64,000 nucleotides of DNA, taken from positions 3,143,564 to 3,207,563 of the forward strand of contig BCIN01000002.1 of NCBI GenBank assembly GCA_039545335.1, written 5' to 3'. Position numbers and translations under genes: made by a program. Position 1 is the stretch's first letter. Every line of letters begins with the position of its first letter. Source of the stretch: Kondoa subrosea (lineage: Eukaryota). This document shows, in pieces, positions 41,686-54,963 of this stretch. Below the pieces are notes generated by a model. That model was not told where the DNA came from and made no database searches. It saw only the letters and a list, made by a program, of their open reading frames with translations.

Positions 41686-43090
41686 ATGTGTTCTTGTTCA
41701 GTAGAATTCTACTTCAACTTGGCCCGCATTGAAGTGTTGGATTTCCGTGCTTGTTCTTCTTCTTTCCTGCTTAACTATCTGTGCATCATTCGAGCTGGTC
41801 TCGTGAAAGCAACCCTTGTCAAGCTGGTTATTGCCAAGAAATGTTGTATCAAGCAGAGTTCGTTTCTCCTGATATTGTTTTTGATAACGCTATTCGGGTC
41901 TATCACGCTTTGCGTTGTAAACAGGTAGCAAACAGAAGTAATAAGAAAGAACGTAAACTTAAGAAAGAATTACAAGATTATGCTCGAGCTTTACAACCTG
42001 CTTTGGAGAAATATCAGAAGAGCATGACTTTACTGAGGGACGCTGCATGTCAAAGTGAGATATCAAATTATGATCGCAAGTAAAAGGAGCTGATCACAAT
42101 ACGCTAGCTGAAACGTCTACTTTAGATAAGCATGTTACACCAAGATCACCTCGCAGGTCGAAGATCTTGGAAAGGGTCGTTAGTCGTTCAATACCTATAC
42201 CGGTACAGACAGAAGAAGTTGAACAAGAACATGGACTATATGAATTGGCACCAAGTGCAGAGGAGACCTCAGCAGATTCAGATACATCTCCTTGTTCGTC
42301 TTTATGAATCAATACTTTCGCATACTAAGATTTGACAACAGCTGGTCAAATGTACACTTCATCAATCAAGCAAGAGGGCAGATCTGAGGCATTCGAAGTT
42401 CCCTTTGATACAAAGCGAGAAGAGCGGGAGCTGGAAGAGTCTACTCCCTCGCCGAAAGTCAAACAAGAAGATTCATTCCAGCGCTCAATACCTGCAGAAG
42501 AGATCAAAGTCGAGATGGATGAGCAGAAGAGACAAGAGTCACAAGCTATTGCGAATGAAGACTATCATGATTTGCCCGAAGCTGAAGACTGGCACCATAA
42601 ACAAAAACAGTTTGCCTGCGATCAGCTGGAAGAGCAGAAAGCATCACCAAGGGTGTCAACTTTACCGTCCGAAAAACCCGTCAAGCGTATATTACAACGA
42701 AAGTTGTCTACAGCTCGAGTCTGGATCAAACCTGATTGTGAGTGTTGCACTTCTGCTACCTACTATGTAGCTTACAATGACTGCAGATAAACGCGTTCGC
42801 CGAGAGCTTGAGGCAGTTGCTCATTTACCTAGAGGAAGAGGACACTCTCGCTGGACACACGAAGACCTACTTCAACCTGGCTTCAATTCCGATCGAGCAA
42901 CTATGGCAAGATTAAGAGAAGTACTGGATCAATTACCTACGGCGCTCAAAAGCATCAAGTACCACATGAGGTCAAACCTGAAGAAGAATGAATTGGTGAG
43001 TTCTTTAAACTCACTGGAGCTCTCGTCGTCGATCGCAATCAGCTCAGAACCTATGTGTCTAGGTCGCATTGTTCGAATGCTATGTTGAGC
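41686..43090 (+). CDS. Hypothetical multi-exon protein (coiled-coil, acidic region, CECC motif); boundaries uncertain
   Basis: A chain of plus-strand ORFs (41781, 42332, 42777) separated by intron-like gaps. No family recognised. Confidence 0.45.
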
Positions 43091-43569
43091 CCAATCAAGC
43101 TGCTTTGCTAAAGAGATGGGAAGAGAGACAATTGGGAGCAAATGCAATTTAGCTTCGCACTGAGTCTAATGTTTGCCATACTTGCTTCTCGCGTACTTTC
43201 ATGTCACATAGACTTGTCCTCGCTATCTAAAAGGATTTAAGCTGATGAAAGGGCGCAATTTCTAAGAGCGCGACGAAGCTGAGATCAGAGAAATGCATGG
43301 TTGAGTTTGAGTAGGGAGATCGCGGAAAGGGGCTGTACAAGAGGAGAGAAATAGAGACGATAGTAGAAGAGATGAAATATAATGCAAAATGCGACTACAT
43401 GGAATTCAGCAAACCCTTATTGACAGGAGTCTTGGTGCAAATCACTCCACTTGTGTGCACTAACAAAGTCGACAATGTTATCTTGCATAATTGCTACAGC
43501 AAGTCTGACAAATATTGCAGGCACAGTGAGTCTCAAAACGAACAATGATCGAATCGAAACACCCACTTG

Positions 43570-44796
43570 TTATTGCAAGGGAGCAGCAAAGCCAGACCAA
43601 CGTTTCGAAAGACGCCATCGATCGATGAATGATCTGTCGCTCATCGTTCCAGATCGTCCCAAATGTAGAAGCGGAACATGACTGGCTAAGGCGAGCCTAT
43701 CAGTATGCGAAAGACTTCGATATCTTGCTTGAGCTTGTTCAAAGGAAACAGCGCCAAGGGAATCAGACAGCTGCAAGATATCTGACAGGTTGAGTGGCAG
43801 TGACCGAACTTCATATGCGAATGTACGCAAATCACGAGTGTTTCTTGCGACCAGCGAGACATCTGTGCTGAACGTATGAGCTCCAGGAAAAAGCGTTATA
43901 GTCAGACTTACGGTTCCGCAGATAGGCTTCCAATTCCAACACCGCAATTTCCCAAGCACATTCGGATCCTTGAAGTATAGTCATGCAGTTTTCGATGATC
44001 TTAGAAGGTGCTTTATACGTGACAAACAGGTGTCTAGCTGATAAGAGCTTGTATATATAGATGTAGCTTGTAGCAGTGTCGAGCTTCAGGCCGAATTGCG
44101 CAAGAAGATGACCGATCGCTAAAATTGCTGTTCTATGGTTGCCATCTTGGAACGCTTGTTTTCTTCTAATGGAAAAGCTAAGATGAGAAGCTTGTAGACA
44201 GGCCGAATGATAGCCAGGGAAAGCCTGTGAGCTTCGTTCAGAGACTGACGAGTATAATGTCGAAAGTACTTACCAGAGGCACTGTAATATCGTCATCGCG
44301 ACGAGCGCCTGATTCCACTTCAATCTGCCTGACCATCATCTTGCGCTCCAAGTTCAAGTCCTCATACCCGCCATGAACACCGCCTGTTACAAACCTGTTC
44401 AACTGCCATAAACGATATGGATCTTCAGTAGAGAGATGACCAGTAAGAACGTTCTCATATGCTAGCCCAGCGTAGACTTGATCACCGTAGCGCGAAAGGA
44501 CACTGGAGTGTAGGGGATAAGCAAGTGAACTTGAAGTAAGGCAACGAATGCTTTGGGCCGGTTGAGCAAAGGAAGGCTTCGAAAAGGCAATTGAATGCGA
44601 CCAGGGACTAGAGGCTGTTGTACTGGTAATGTCATCTGATTTACTACTCAGAGAGGTGATACGCGTGTGGAACATAGGCGTTTCTGTCGAGGATCTCAGC
44701 ACGAGCAGCACGAGCACATACTTTCAAGCAATACGTACGAGATATTTTGCTCTGCTCCATGGCCGCAAGTACCAACGAAGCACCTGAGGAATGCAT
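43570..44796 (-). CDS. Fido-domain (Doc/Fic-like) protein with variant motif QAFQDGNHRTA
   Basis: ATG at 44796 and three GT-AG introns. An exon missing from the ORF track reads AFPGYHSACLQASHLSFSIRRKQAFQDGNHRTAILAIGHLLAQFGLKL, with the motif at 44126-44158. Confidence 0.75.
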
Positions 44797-46791
44797 TGTC
44801 TCGTAATCTGCTCGAGCAATGAGTCATTAGACTGTTGCCTGGGGAAGTACATACTCAAGTATTCTTTCCGCAAAATTCAGCTGAGAAAGAGGACTGAAGA
44901 TAGTATAGCTGAATTGAGAGTGCTGCCTTGATTCCTGAGCGATATAGGTTAGGGCTCGGAAAGGTCTTGATCCAGCAAAGGAGGTGAAGATGACAAATAA
45001 AGCTAGCGAACTATGACACTGCGCAAATCAAAGATGGTAGGTCGAAAGAAGCGTCGGTCCAACGAATTGGCCCATCGTGTAGCGCGGTCGAAATACAGAT
45101 TTTCGAAATATCATGAGGTAGGAAGTCTAGGCATGCATCAGGCTTCTCAAGCGTATTAAGATAGATGGTCGCCGCCAATACTGCTTAGCTTGACAAGTGG
45201 CTCTTAGAAATCAAGCCTTGACCTTCTTGTCCCAAACTTCCAACTTGCTTCCGAACACCGAAATCAAGCACATCTTAGCTGGTTCGTAGCCGATACTGCC
45301 ACGCTGCCTATCGAGTCTCAGTCATTGATACCAATTGCCTTTTCATAATTGTGCTGGACCTTGGAAGGACGAAATTCGAAATTCGAAATCTCAATGTTTA
45401 GGACTTGCTCTGCTTCCCTATGATTCCAAGACTGCGCTCATGTTGTCGTCAAAGATACTTGCTAAGACTCTCTGTGCTGGCGTCTGTCTGATGCTTCAAT
45501 ATACCTATGCAAATTGCTCAATTACGCGACCGCGCTTGCCTTCCCCTTCTCTTGCCCTCTCAATCAGCGCCAGCCGTGTCGCCTCCGACAAAGATCTCTT
45601 GATCTGCTTTCATGGGTACCACACTGGCCTAAAGTCTGTTATGCTGCTGCTCATAGCGTTATTACATCACCAATTGGCAATAACCCCTTAAAGCCATTCA
45701 AGAATGGCTGTATAAGCCTACATTTGCCTGTAGACTGTTCTGCATTCTTATACGTCCCGGCTACAACTGGGCTTGGCAGCATCACGTCGAAAACTGCCTA
45801 GTGTGCCATCTTTTTTGTGCGAGCGATTTTAAATGGCTCTGTGTATCGCACGTGTGGCGAAAAGCGCACAAAACTGGGCATTTTCAGTCTTCCTCTCTTT
45901 TCTTTCTCATCATCTCCTTGCAGTGCGAGTCGTTGAGCTCTGTGGGCAAAGCGGATAGTTTTCAAGTTATCTTGTCTGCAGAGTAATCAAGTCTCTGCCT
46001 TTGCTGCTCTTAAGGACTGCCTGACCGAAAATCAAGTGCATGCCTTTATTAAAGGAGATGATCGTTTTGGGATTTTTTGTTTGTTTGGGTTCAAGATTAC
46101 ATTGCGGTCAGCTTTTCTATTGCTGCCTTTTCTTATGGTTGATCACTATCTAGATACTTCAACGATCAACGCTCTCTATACTATAGCTGTTTTTGTTGGG
46201 ATCCATTGTACATGCGCTGTCAGGTTTGCTTAGTCAGCAATGTATTTGTAGACTGTTCGCGTCCTATCTTGAAGTGATCTCTGCGTATTCGTCTGTGCTC
46301 TTCGAGCTAAGCTAAAGGTTCCTCGCCTCTTGCTTCGCCAATCAGACACCTTTCGATATTTTCCCTGTGTCAAGTTGCTCTCAACCATCATTATTACACT
46401 CGTTCAAGCTCTCACTCACTCATTTACATCTCAGTCCACTCTGGAACCTTCAAAGAAGCTGTTCTTCAATCTGAAGCCTTTTGTAATCAGGTATGTACAC
46501 CGGAGCCCCTAAACTCAAGATCGCAAGATTGAAGGCAAGGTGTGCAGTTCTTTGCTGGTCTACGCTTTCTCTGTCCTGTTCTTGTCTACGCTCTACCTGT
46601 CGTCCTGTTCCTTTTTGGCTCAGCCAATCATTAGCTGTTCTCGGCTTGCTATCTCTCCTTGTGAGCTTTTGTACTTCTGGCAAATATAGCAAGCGCTGAG
46701 GATACACTGTCTCATACCAGTACCATATCTCTGTCCTGCGCACGGATCTAGCTGCTCGTCAATCTATCTCAATCGTCTAGTTTCAACCAAA

Positions 46792-48126
46792 ATGGATTCC
46801 GTGCCTTCTCCAGCTGACCACAAGCGGCACAAAGAAACCTTGAAGCATCAAGATCGCGGTGTGGCTCTTTTCAATTCTCCATCTCGTGCCGCTGTACGTG
46901 GAGACGCAGAATCAATCAAGGCGCATGCTACAAGCAGCGAAACAGCTTCCAGTGTTCGATCATCTTCAGAAGAAACGATACTTGATACTGGCAATCGCTC
47001 TGACACTTCTATGGAAGATGTCTTCTCAGCTGAATCTGCAGACAAGTTTAGCCAATCTGAAGAGAAACTTAGCAAAGGCTTTGAGGTTGCAGGTACGTCT
47101 ATTCCGCTAGTGTTAGCTTGACGATGATTTCATATACCGTGCTGTCCCTACAGTCAGAAAACCCCTTGGTCAGTTTCGGATTTCTACCGCATCACAGCAT
47201 ACTGAACTTACTTCGCTCAGCCGAATATTCCTTGCCAGTGGATCGTTCTTGGGAGGAATTGGACAAAGACCTTCAAGACTCTATTGATGCTGGTGAGTGG
47301 TCATGCATCGCATTCGACTTGCAAATCTGATTAGTTCCCTTTAGCCGATATCCCCTCTATTGCTGCCAAGACTGGACATTTCAGTAAGCTGACTTCGCTA
47401 CTGACTTCATGCGAGCGAGTCTAAGATCATGTTTGACAGAACCCCCGACTACTATGCTTCCTCTCGACATGATTCGAGCATTTAAAGAAGAGGATCAACC
47501 TATCTCAGAGGAAGATCAGAAGATGATGGATGCTCTCAAAGCTGGTAAGTCTACTATACTTCATCTTACATTATACTAAGATAGTCAACAGCTAGCCTTG
47601 TCATCCAAGAGGGGCTGAGCAGTGCAATTATTGTCAACTTTCTGCCTGAAGGATCATTGTTGAGTACCACGGGTGAATTCAAGCCTGTCTCCTTGATATC
47701 AATCTGCTTTCTTATCACGATTCAATAGTTCCTCTCCAGAACAACCAATCGAACAAGAACACGCCAGTCTATAAGGTCGACACGCCAGACCATTATTCCC
47801 TGCCGGCCTCTCTCGTTGGAACACCTGAAAAGATTGATTCAACTACTGTAACCCCTCATCGCAAGATGTTCAGTGCAGTCAATTGTCAACATTTGATCTA
47901 CAAATTGGATAAGTGGTTAGCGCTGGAGGAGTCAAAGGATGAACTCGAAAGAATAGGTTCTGCTCGATACAAGGGAGAGGAGGCTGTTATGGTGCAGGAG
48001 TTGAATGCATTGGAATGGGTCAATTGGATTGCAAACATGTCTGGCTTGGTAAGTTTCTCCTTGTGTCCTTCTGACGAAGTTCATTGTGTTTGTTCTTAGA
48101 TTCCATGGTCCGCCTACTGGAAGTAG
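46792..48126 (+). CDS. Hypothetical protein, about 7 introns
   Basis: Continuous spliced frame from MDSVPSPADHK to IPWSAYWK* using canonical GT-AG introns. Confidence 0.7.
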
Positions 48127-48495
48127 AAGAGACAATTCAACTAGTAGCAGATATCAAGATCTTCTCATCCCACTCTCCTTGCTTCCACCTTAACAACACC
48201 ACCTTCCTTTATTTACTATATTATCGAAACCTAATACTCTGTACTATTTCGTCGTATGGTCTTCTTTGGCTCTAATACTTGTATGATTCATTCATGAAGG
48301 GTAATCAGCACAGCATCAAGGGTCAACAAGAGGAATTGTTTCATTTTATTTATTGTCAATGTCATCGGAATATTCTGTAGCATCTGTACCCCGCATCAGT
48401 CGTTATTTGTGAGCCTAGCTCGGCTTTGTAGAAGCAATCGTTTGCATTTCACATCATTGTCGTTTTGCACTCACTTCTTTCCATTGACTTTGCTT

Positions 48496-48601
48496 GCTTC
48501 AGTTGTCCTTCATTACTACTCTTTCTGATAAGACATCAAGAGAGTTTGGCTTCAGTTGTCCTTCATTACTACTCTTTCTGATAAGACATCAAGAGAGTTT
48601 G
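48496..48601. repeat. Perfect 53-bp tandem duplication in an intergenic / 3' region
   Basis: 48496-48548 is identical to 48549-48601 (gcttcagttgtcc...gagagtttg). Confidence 0.97.
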
Positions 48602-48819
48602 CACAATTAGGGCCTTAAGCGAGACAGAAGCACACAGAGCACATGCAACAGTTGGTAAGAGGAAGACAGTAAGGAACAGTCAGGAAAATGAGCCAGTAAA
48701 GACGATGCACAAATAGGGAAAAGGTCAAGTGAACAAAAACATAGTATGACAATGCAAAGAGAGGGAAGAAACAACACTGCTGCTACTCAAGAGCCGGATT
48801 ACAAGCAACTCTTGCTAGA

Positions 48820-50148
48820 TTATGAAGCAGCCAGCTCCTGTTTGATACTGGCGATTGCCTTTGCAGGGTTCAAGCCTGAAGCATTAAAAAGAAAACGTTA
48901 GTGTTCAGAACAAACAAAGGGTAGAAGCAGCAATCACCTTTCGGGCAAGTCTTGGTGCAATTGAAGATAGTGTGGCATCGGTACAGCGAGAAAGAGTTTT
49001 GCAAAGCTTCTCTTCGTTCGGTAGAGAATGAATCTCTCGAGTCGGCCAACCAACGATAAGCTTGCATGAGGACAGCAGGTCCCAAGTATTCATCTTGATT
49101 CCACCAATCTGTTCGTCATCGAACCCGATAAGTATTTCAAATACCTAAAGAAGTGATAGAAACGAACAAGATGGGCATGAAGTTGAGCAGCAGGCGCAAA
49201 GAATGCATTCGTACAATCCATCGAGCTTCTTGCGCTCTTCGCGAGATTGACGGTGTTCTGTTCCATCTTCTGGTACTGAGCTAGCTTTCAAGTATGGCTT
49301 GATGGATTTGTCTGCAAAGAAATGGTAAGCCAAAGTCATTCAGGCCGCAATCAAAGACGGACATTGCTTGTAGAATTGGGCTACCGAGCATGTCAACGAT
49401 GAACCAGACTGCAGAAGCTAAACATACTCATATCTGGCACTAGATCCTTGATAATGTACACTGAAAGGACTTAAGGACTGAAATAGAAAATCTTCATGGG
49501 AAAGCTTACTGTGAGGCAAAGGATAGACCTTGACGTCGCTGCTTGATGAATTGATGCGCTTCAAGCAAGCAAGAGTACTGTAGCACCCATCAATGTCATC
49601 CTTAACACCTTGACGATTGAAACATACTTTTGACCATCAATGTTCATAGCGCAAGAACCGCAAATACCCTCTCTGCAAGATCTCCTCAAAGTCAAAGTAG
49701 GATCAATCTCATTCTTAATCTTGAGCAAAGCATCGAGAACCATTGGACCGCATTTGCCTAAATCGACAGTGTATTGTTGCATTTTAGGTTTCTCTGCTGG
49801 TTTGTCTGGGTTCCAACGATAGATGGAGAAAGTCTTCATCTTTGATGCTTTGCCTTTACCAGGAACCTTAAGTAATTTCACATCAGATCGGGCTAACAAA
49901 GCTCCATTTGCGTAATGCCCTTACCTGAGTTTCTTCTGATCGCATTGCTCCTTCAGTATATTTGGTACCTCTCTCTTCTACAGGTGAAGCAAAGGCAGCT
50001 TTAGCACTGGTTTGAATGCCTCGATGGGCCATGAGCCTTTGCGGCTAGACAATTTGGCGGATACAATCAGCTGTTTAATCCTCTTTGGACCTTGATAGCT
50101 GTTACTTGCCTGTTTGAATGACTGGAGTGCAATGCGTGTAGCTGCCAT
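48820..50148 (-). CDS. SDH2: Succinate dehydrogenase iron-sulfur subunit
   Basis: [34 protein letters not shown] and [14 protein letters not shown]. The first intron has a GC donor. Confidence 0.98.
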
Positions 50149-50889
50149 GTTGTGTTGCAGGGTAAATGGTAGATCGAGACAACGATATTCGCGCAACTTG
50201 ATTGGCTCGTGGCGAGATATCGGGACTTAGCGGAAAGCGACGAGTTTCCCAGTGAGTACTAATACATTGTAGGACCGTCTAGCAAACTACATCTATGACA
50301 TTCGCTGCGTCTCCGAACACTTCTTCGTCCGCTAGAGTGAAAACTCCATTTAAAAGCTACCTCTCTCGATCACCTGTATATCACATCAACTAGAGACCGT
50401 ATAATTCGTTCAGAAGAATTGCTTTACCTGCTATTAGGCACTTCTGAGCTGAGAGGGATCAGAGTAGATTTAAAGAAGAGGAGGGCACGAATGAAATGCC
50501 GTGGTAGATAGATCAGCAGAAGACAAGTCATACCATGCGTATGGCCGTCATAGACACAAGCACCAGAGGAGCCTCAGAGTACGAAATCTGAGACTATTCA
50601 GCATCGATAAGGGTGGGCATGTTGGAGGAGAATATGAGGTGACATTAACAGCCGCATTTTAGTGAGCAATATCATTCGCATCCAATGGATACGGAACAAC
50701 GAATACATTGAACAATACCTTGCAGAGAGAAGACTGAAGGCAGAGCGAGAAAATGAAGACAAAGGACATGATTGTTTGACGGTGCGGAAGAATACTGATA
50801 CAACAATGAGAGATTGAGTTCGCAAGAAAGTGCTAGATATATTCTGCTGCTGCCTTCAAGCTGAAAACCAAGAAGAGAGAGTCGGTCCT

Positions 50890-51450
50890 TCACTTCCCAG
50901 ACCTATAACTCGAAATGAGTATTGCTTTAGATACACATGAAGCATTGCTTACTTCTTGATCCCAGCGCCTAGTAGCAGTGACATACTTGAGCTGTAATCT
51001 ACAAGGTGACGCAAAGAGCTCACCAAGCGGTTTTCCAGCCTAGTTTCGGTAATCAGCTCTTATACAGAAGCTGGAAGATAATGTCTTTACCTTCAAATTC
51101 CCTGCAGCTTCCTTCTGTTTCGCTAGATCTGCCTTCTGCTTGGCCTATCCTCGCACATATGAGACCAATTCCACCGAGTGCAGAATCCGACTATACCTTA
51201 AACGCAGCTGTTTCCTCATCATCTTCCTCTTTTGGGCCTGCCATAATTCATCAGATCGGTATCTAGACAGATTTGACAAGTCTCTAACCTTTCTTAGCTT
51301 GTTTTAAAGGCTTTCGAACCAAAACATCAGAAAATTGAAATACTTGCTTGGACAGGTAGCAAGCACCTTGAGCTTTCCTCCCTAGACATGGAACATATCA
51401 GTACTGTATCGCGATCTCATCTATCAAGCAGCTACCTGTCGTCCGCCCAT
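50890..51450 (-). CDS. TMA7: Translation machinery-associated protein 7 (63 aa, 8 exons)
   Basis: Spliced product MGGRQGGKLKPLKQAKKGPKEEDDEETAAFKAKQKADLAKQKEAAGNLKAGKPLGAGIKKSGK*. It is absent from the ORF track. Confidence 0.93.
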
Positions 51451-51534
51451 GCTTGCACGAGTCTAACCTCTTCAGAAATCGATAATCAACAAGACTTGAG
51501 GTCACCGGGTGCTCGCGATAAAGTACATTGATAT

Positions 51535-54500
51535 TCATATTACAGCGCTTCCTCTACTCCTTTCTGGACTGTTACTAGCACTTCCAGTCGTTAATCTTCT
51601 CGCAGCAGTAGAGATCAAATCCGTCATTGGTCCATTAGAAGCAGCTTGCTGAACATTGAACAGTTGAACCCTCGTTCCACCTAAATACGGTACCGAAATA
51701 TAAACCAAACTCCATACTAAGCTGAGTAGCCATCTGAGTGACATTGAAGAATGAACGAATCTACGTGAAGAAAAAGAAGAAGAATTGCGTTGTGGTAAGA
51801 CATCGAGAAGGGTAACGCTTCGTAAGAAATCCATAACTGCTTGATTCGTGCTTGGTGAAACTACAGAACATAGCGAGGAGACTTTTGGTCGGAGTTCAGC
51901 GAGCATGATGAGGATAGAATCCAGTGGCAAATGTTCTCTCCACGAAGCGACCCCTGTTATTATTTATGAGCTCATGGCTCAACGGCAATCTGACTTCAAC
52001 TTACAAGATTCAGTAGGCACGAATCCAGACTTTGATTTATAAGGTCCTGGTGGTCCAATATCACCAACAACGCTATCAAAACTCCCACTTCTTTCCCTCA
52101 TTTTCCCTCTAGCTTTCTCACTCATGCGTACTGGATCTTCTTCTTCCGATAACACGCCGCCGTCGAACTTCTCTTCACCCAACAAGGTACCAAGTGAAGC
52201 TAAACTGGTATTACTAGGAGTGGATTTAAATTCAGGTCGGGAAGGTGATTCGGAGGTAGCATCTGAATTGGAAGTCGACTTTCGTTCGGATCGAACTCGT
52301 CGTATCTCATCTACTGCTCCGCGAAGTGTAAAGCTGGCTAATGATTCGAACCGACGGTGAGAACGAATGATGGCATAGATGAGATATGGGTTTTCTGTAT
52401 ATGACAGAGAACAGTGAGTATGGCATCGGAAGGGACAGGATTGTGAACTATACCTGCAAGCTGATAATGTACAACATTGTTAAATGCTTCGACCCTGTTA
52501 TGCAATCAGCTTTCAGTTCTCTCATTGGGTCCACATTACTTACAGGTAGTAGAGCAGTCGAGGATTACCATCTTCTGCCAAGATAAAGGAAGGTTGAGAG
52601 AAAGCGAGGAAGAGCTGGGTGAGGCGAGTCGAGGCAACGCTAGAGAGTGATTTGATATAAGGCGAACAATTCGTGATGCAGAGTATGAGTGCAGGATATA
52701 GGCTGTTAATTCGTCAGCGGAGATGCAGGCCAAAAATCTGCCCAAACTCACGAGTTGAAAGTAAGGTTGGTATTGAAGATTAGGGTATAGACAGACTGAG
52801 CAGATCGTCAGCATCACTATATTCTCAGTCGAGAATACATACCATAACAAGGTAATCTACGACTTTCGGATTCTGAATTTGCGCAGGTGGATATCTTTTT
52901 CCACCAGTAACATTAATGAGCGGTTTACTCAGTGCCGAGCCAAACATCTTTTCTGCTGTCAATGATTGTAGAGTGAATACGCATAGTCTGACTAAGCCAA
53001 ACTGAGCAGGATCTTCTTTGTTATCAAGGCAGATATTCAGGAGTGAGACGAGTAATTCAGATGCTCGATCGCTTTCCATCAAGTATTGAAGAAAACCCTG
53101 CTAAAATCTGAGCTACTGTTAGCGATACTTGAACTTTTCAACATACCTTATTGCATTCTATTAGCCGCCAGAGAAGAACAATAGTTTCTGTCAGATTCCA
53201 GCCCGTCGTACTGTTCGAAGCGGCACCGAGTATTGCAGAAGGAGGCGATACAGAAAGAATAGCCAATATTCGCTCAGCTAAGAACTGGTAATCGCTTTGT
53301 CTGTGAATCTTGGCTGCGTAAACCCAAAATACGTTCTGCTCATTCTGCTTTGCATCCGCTAATGTCGTAGAAGAAGGAGTTCGACTTATGTTTGGACTAC
53401 CTGAGATGGCTAGAGAAGTATCGTTGACTAAAAGAACATCGAGTAATTGACAGCATAATTTGGGTAAAGTGCTGGCTTGATCTTGTTCTGATTTAGCCTC
53501 AGCAGTCAAGGTAAGGGAAGCGATCCGTTTGTAAGCATTCTGTGTCGAAATTTGATAAGCTTCGAGGAAAGTCAGATCCAGTGCGGTATTGAGAAAAGAG
53601 CAAAGAAGAGTCAGAATCAGTTTGCGGTCCTTGATGGCCAGTAATTGGTTCAGCCAAAGATTATTCGTATTAGGAGAGTAGATTGTATGGGATAAAAGAA
53701 CCAGAAGCAGTCGAAGTACTTCTGCTCGGTTGGAGAGCTGACTTCGATCAGATGATAAATCCGCCGAAGAACCTATTCCAGCTTGCCTATACCCTTCTTT
53801 AGCATTAGTCAATCTCTAATGAGCTATTACTCACCAGATGCTGTATCTGACTGCTGAGTTGTCTTCCTCAGGAGCTGCTGGAATAGTAAATCCCGAAGTA
53901 TATAGCAGGTCGAGGATTGCTTTCAGTCTGTCACATAGTCTCAGCATATGATGAATACCACATTGAACTGTTTCTCACAGGGTCTGACCCAAGGATGGTT
54001 CATCGTCAACTACTGCGATATCTTCTTCATCGTCTATGGTAAATTGAGCCTCGCTTTCATGCTTCGACTTGGACCAGAAGAGTTTGAAGAACATAGCCCT
54101 ATCTTCCTCATTCCTTACATCCGCGCAGCGTTCGTGTATAAAAGGTAAGATTCTCGCCAGGACACGAATGCAATTCAATATTTCGCTCCATTTCTGGCTC
54201 TTCCCGTTTGTGTCGCGTACATTGACCAGACGATCACAAATTACTTGAATCAACGTGTTTACATTGGCAGGTCGTGCAGACAAGGTCGACCGTATGATAT
54301 CAGCAGGTAGCAATCCAAGAACGTCTGATGCAGCCGTAGGAATTAGCCAGAACTGAGACCAGAACTCAGTGTCTCGTGCTGGAACAGTCTGCGAAGTCAG
54401 GCGAGCGAGAGATTGTCGAAATTGAAGTTTCGCTGCATCTTGGCTGGCTCCCCCGCTGTCGTAGACAAGTGCAAGCTTCAGCGTATGCTCTAAGACATTG

Positions 54501-54543
54501 ATAGACGAGCATACAAAAGCAGCTTGGTGCCGTACGAGAACAT
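51535..54543 (-). CDS. HID1: HID1/Ecm30 family Golgi protein
   Basis: KLQFRQSLARL...FWSQFW, LNCIRVLARILPFIHE, DLLYTSGFT, NRAEVLRLLLVLLS, GLVRLCVFTLQSL, NPYLIYAIIRSHRRFESLA and LPLDSI. Confidence 0.88.
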
Positions 54544-54963
54544 TGACTTGGCCGCAGGGAAATGACAGAGACACTGAAACGCCTTTGCTTGTCCTGCTAC
54601 TGCCAAAACCTGCTTAGAGTATACCAGCTAACTTGTATCCGTACACAGCAATATGGCCGATTCCCCTCATTTGAGCCTAGTAGAATGATGCCTGTGGAGA
54701 TGCTGTGAGAGTTGTCTTGTGTGCAATGAGCTTCGATGGTGCTTCGAAATCCCTACAGATTCTGAAGTCTTCAATGTACTGAGCTCGCTACGCTTATCTC
54801 ATAAGCCAAAGGAAGATTTAAGAGTCTCGAGGTCAGGGGAGTAATATGAGATCAAACAAGCTTATAATACCAGCTTATAAGATGAGGAGCCCATAACCTT
54901 CTCAGTCATAAAGAGTTCCATTGTATTACATATTCATGCCCGTACAAAACCAAACCCTCCACT

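Noticed and set aside
45000..46790. Several 60-120 aa ORFs in the gap between the Fido gene and the 46792 gene
   Set aside because: They mostly start at non-ATG codons, have CT-rich UTR/promoter-like composition, and show no motifs.
48496..48601. Repeat as a CRISPR-like array
   Set aside because: There are only two abutting copies with no spacers, in a eukaryotic context.
50290..50820. Possible small plus-strand gene between SDH2 and TMA7
   Set aside because: I could not assemble a consistent spliced frame from a start codon.
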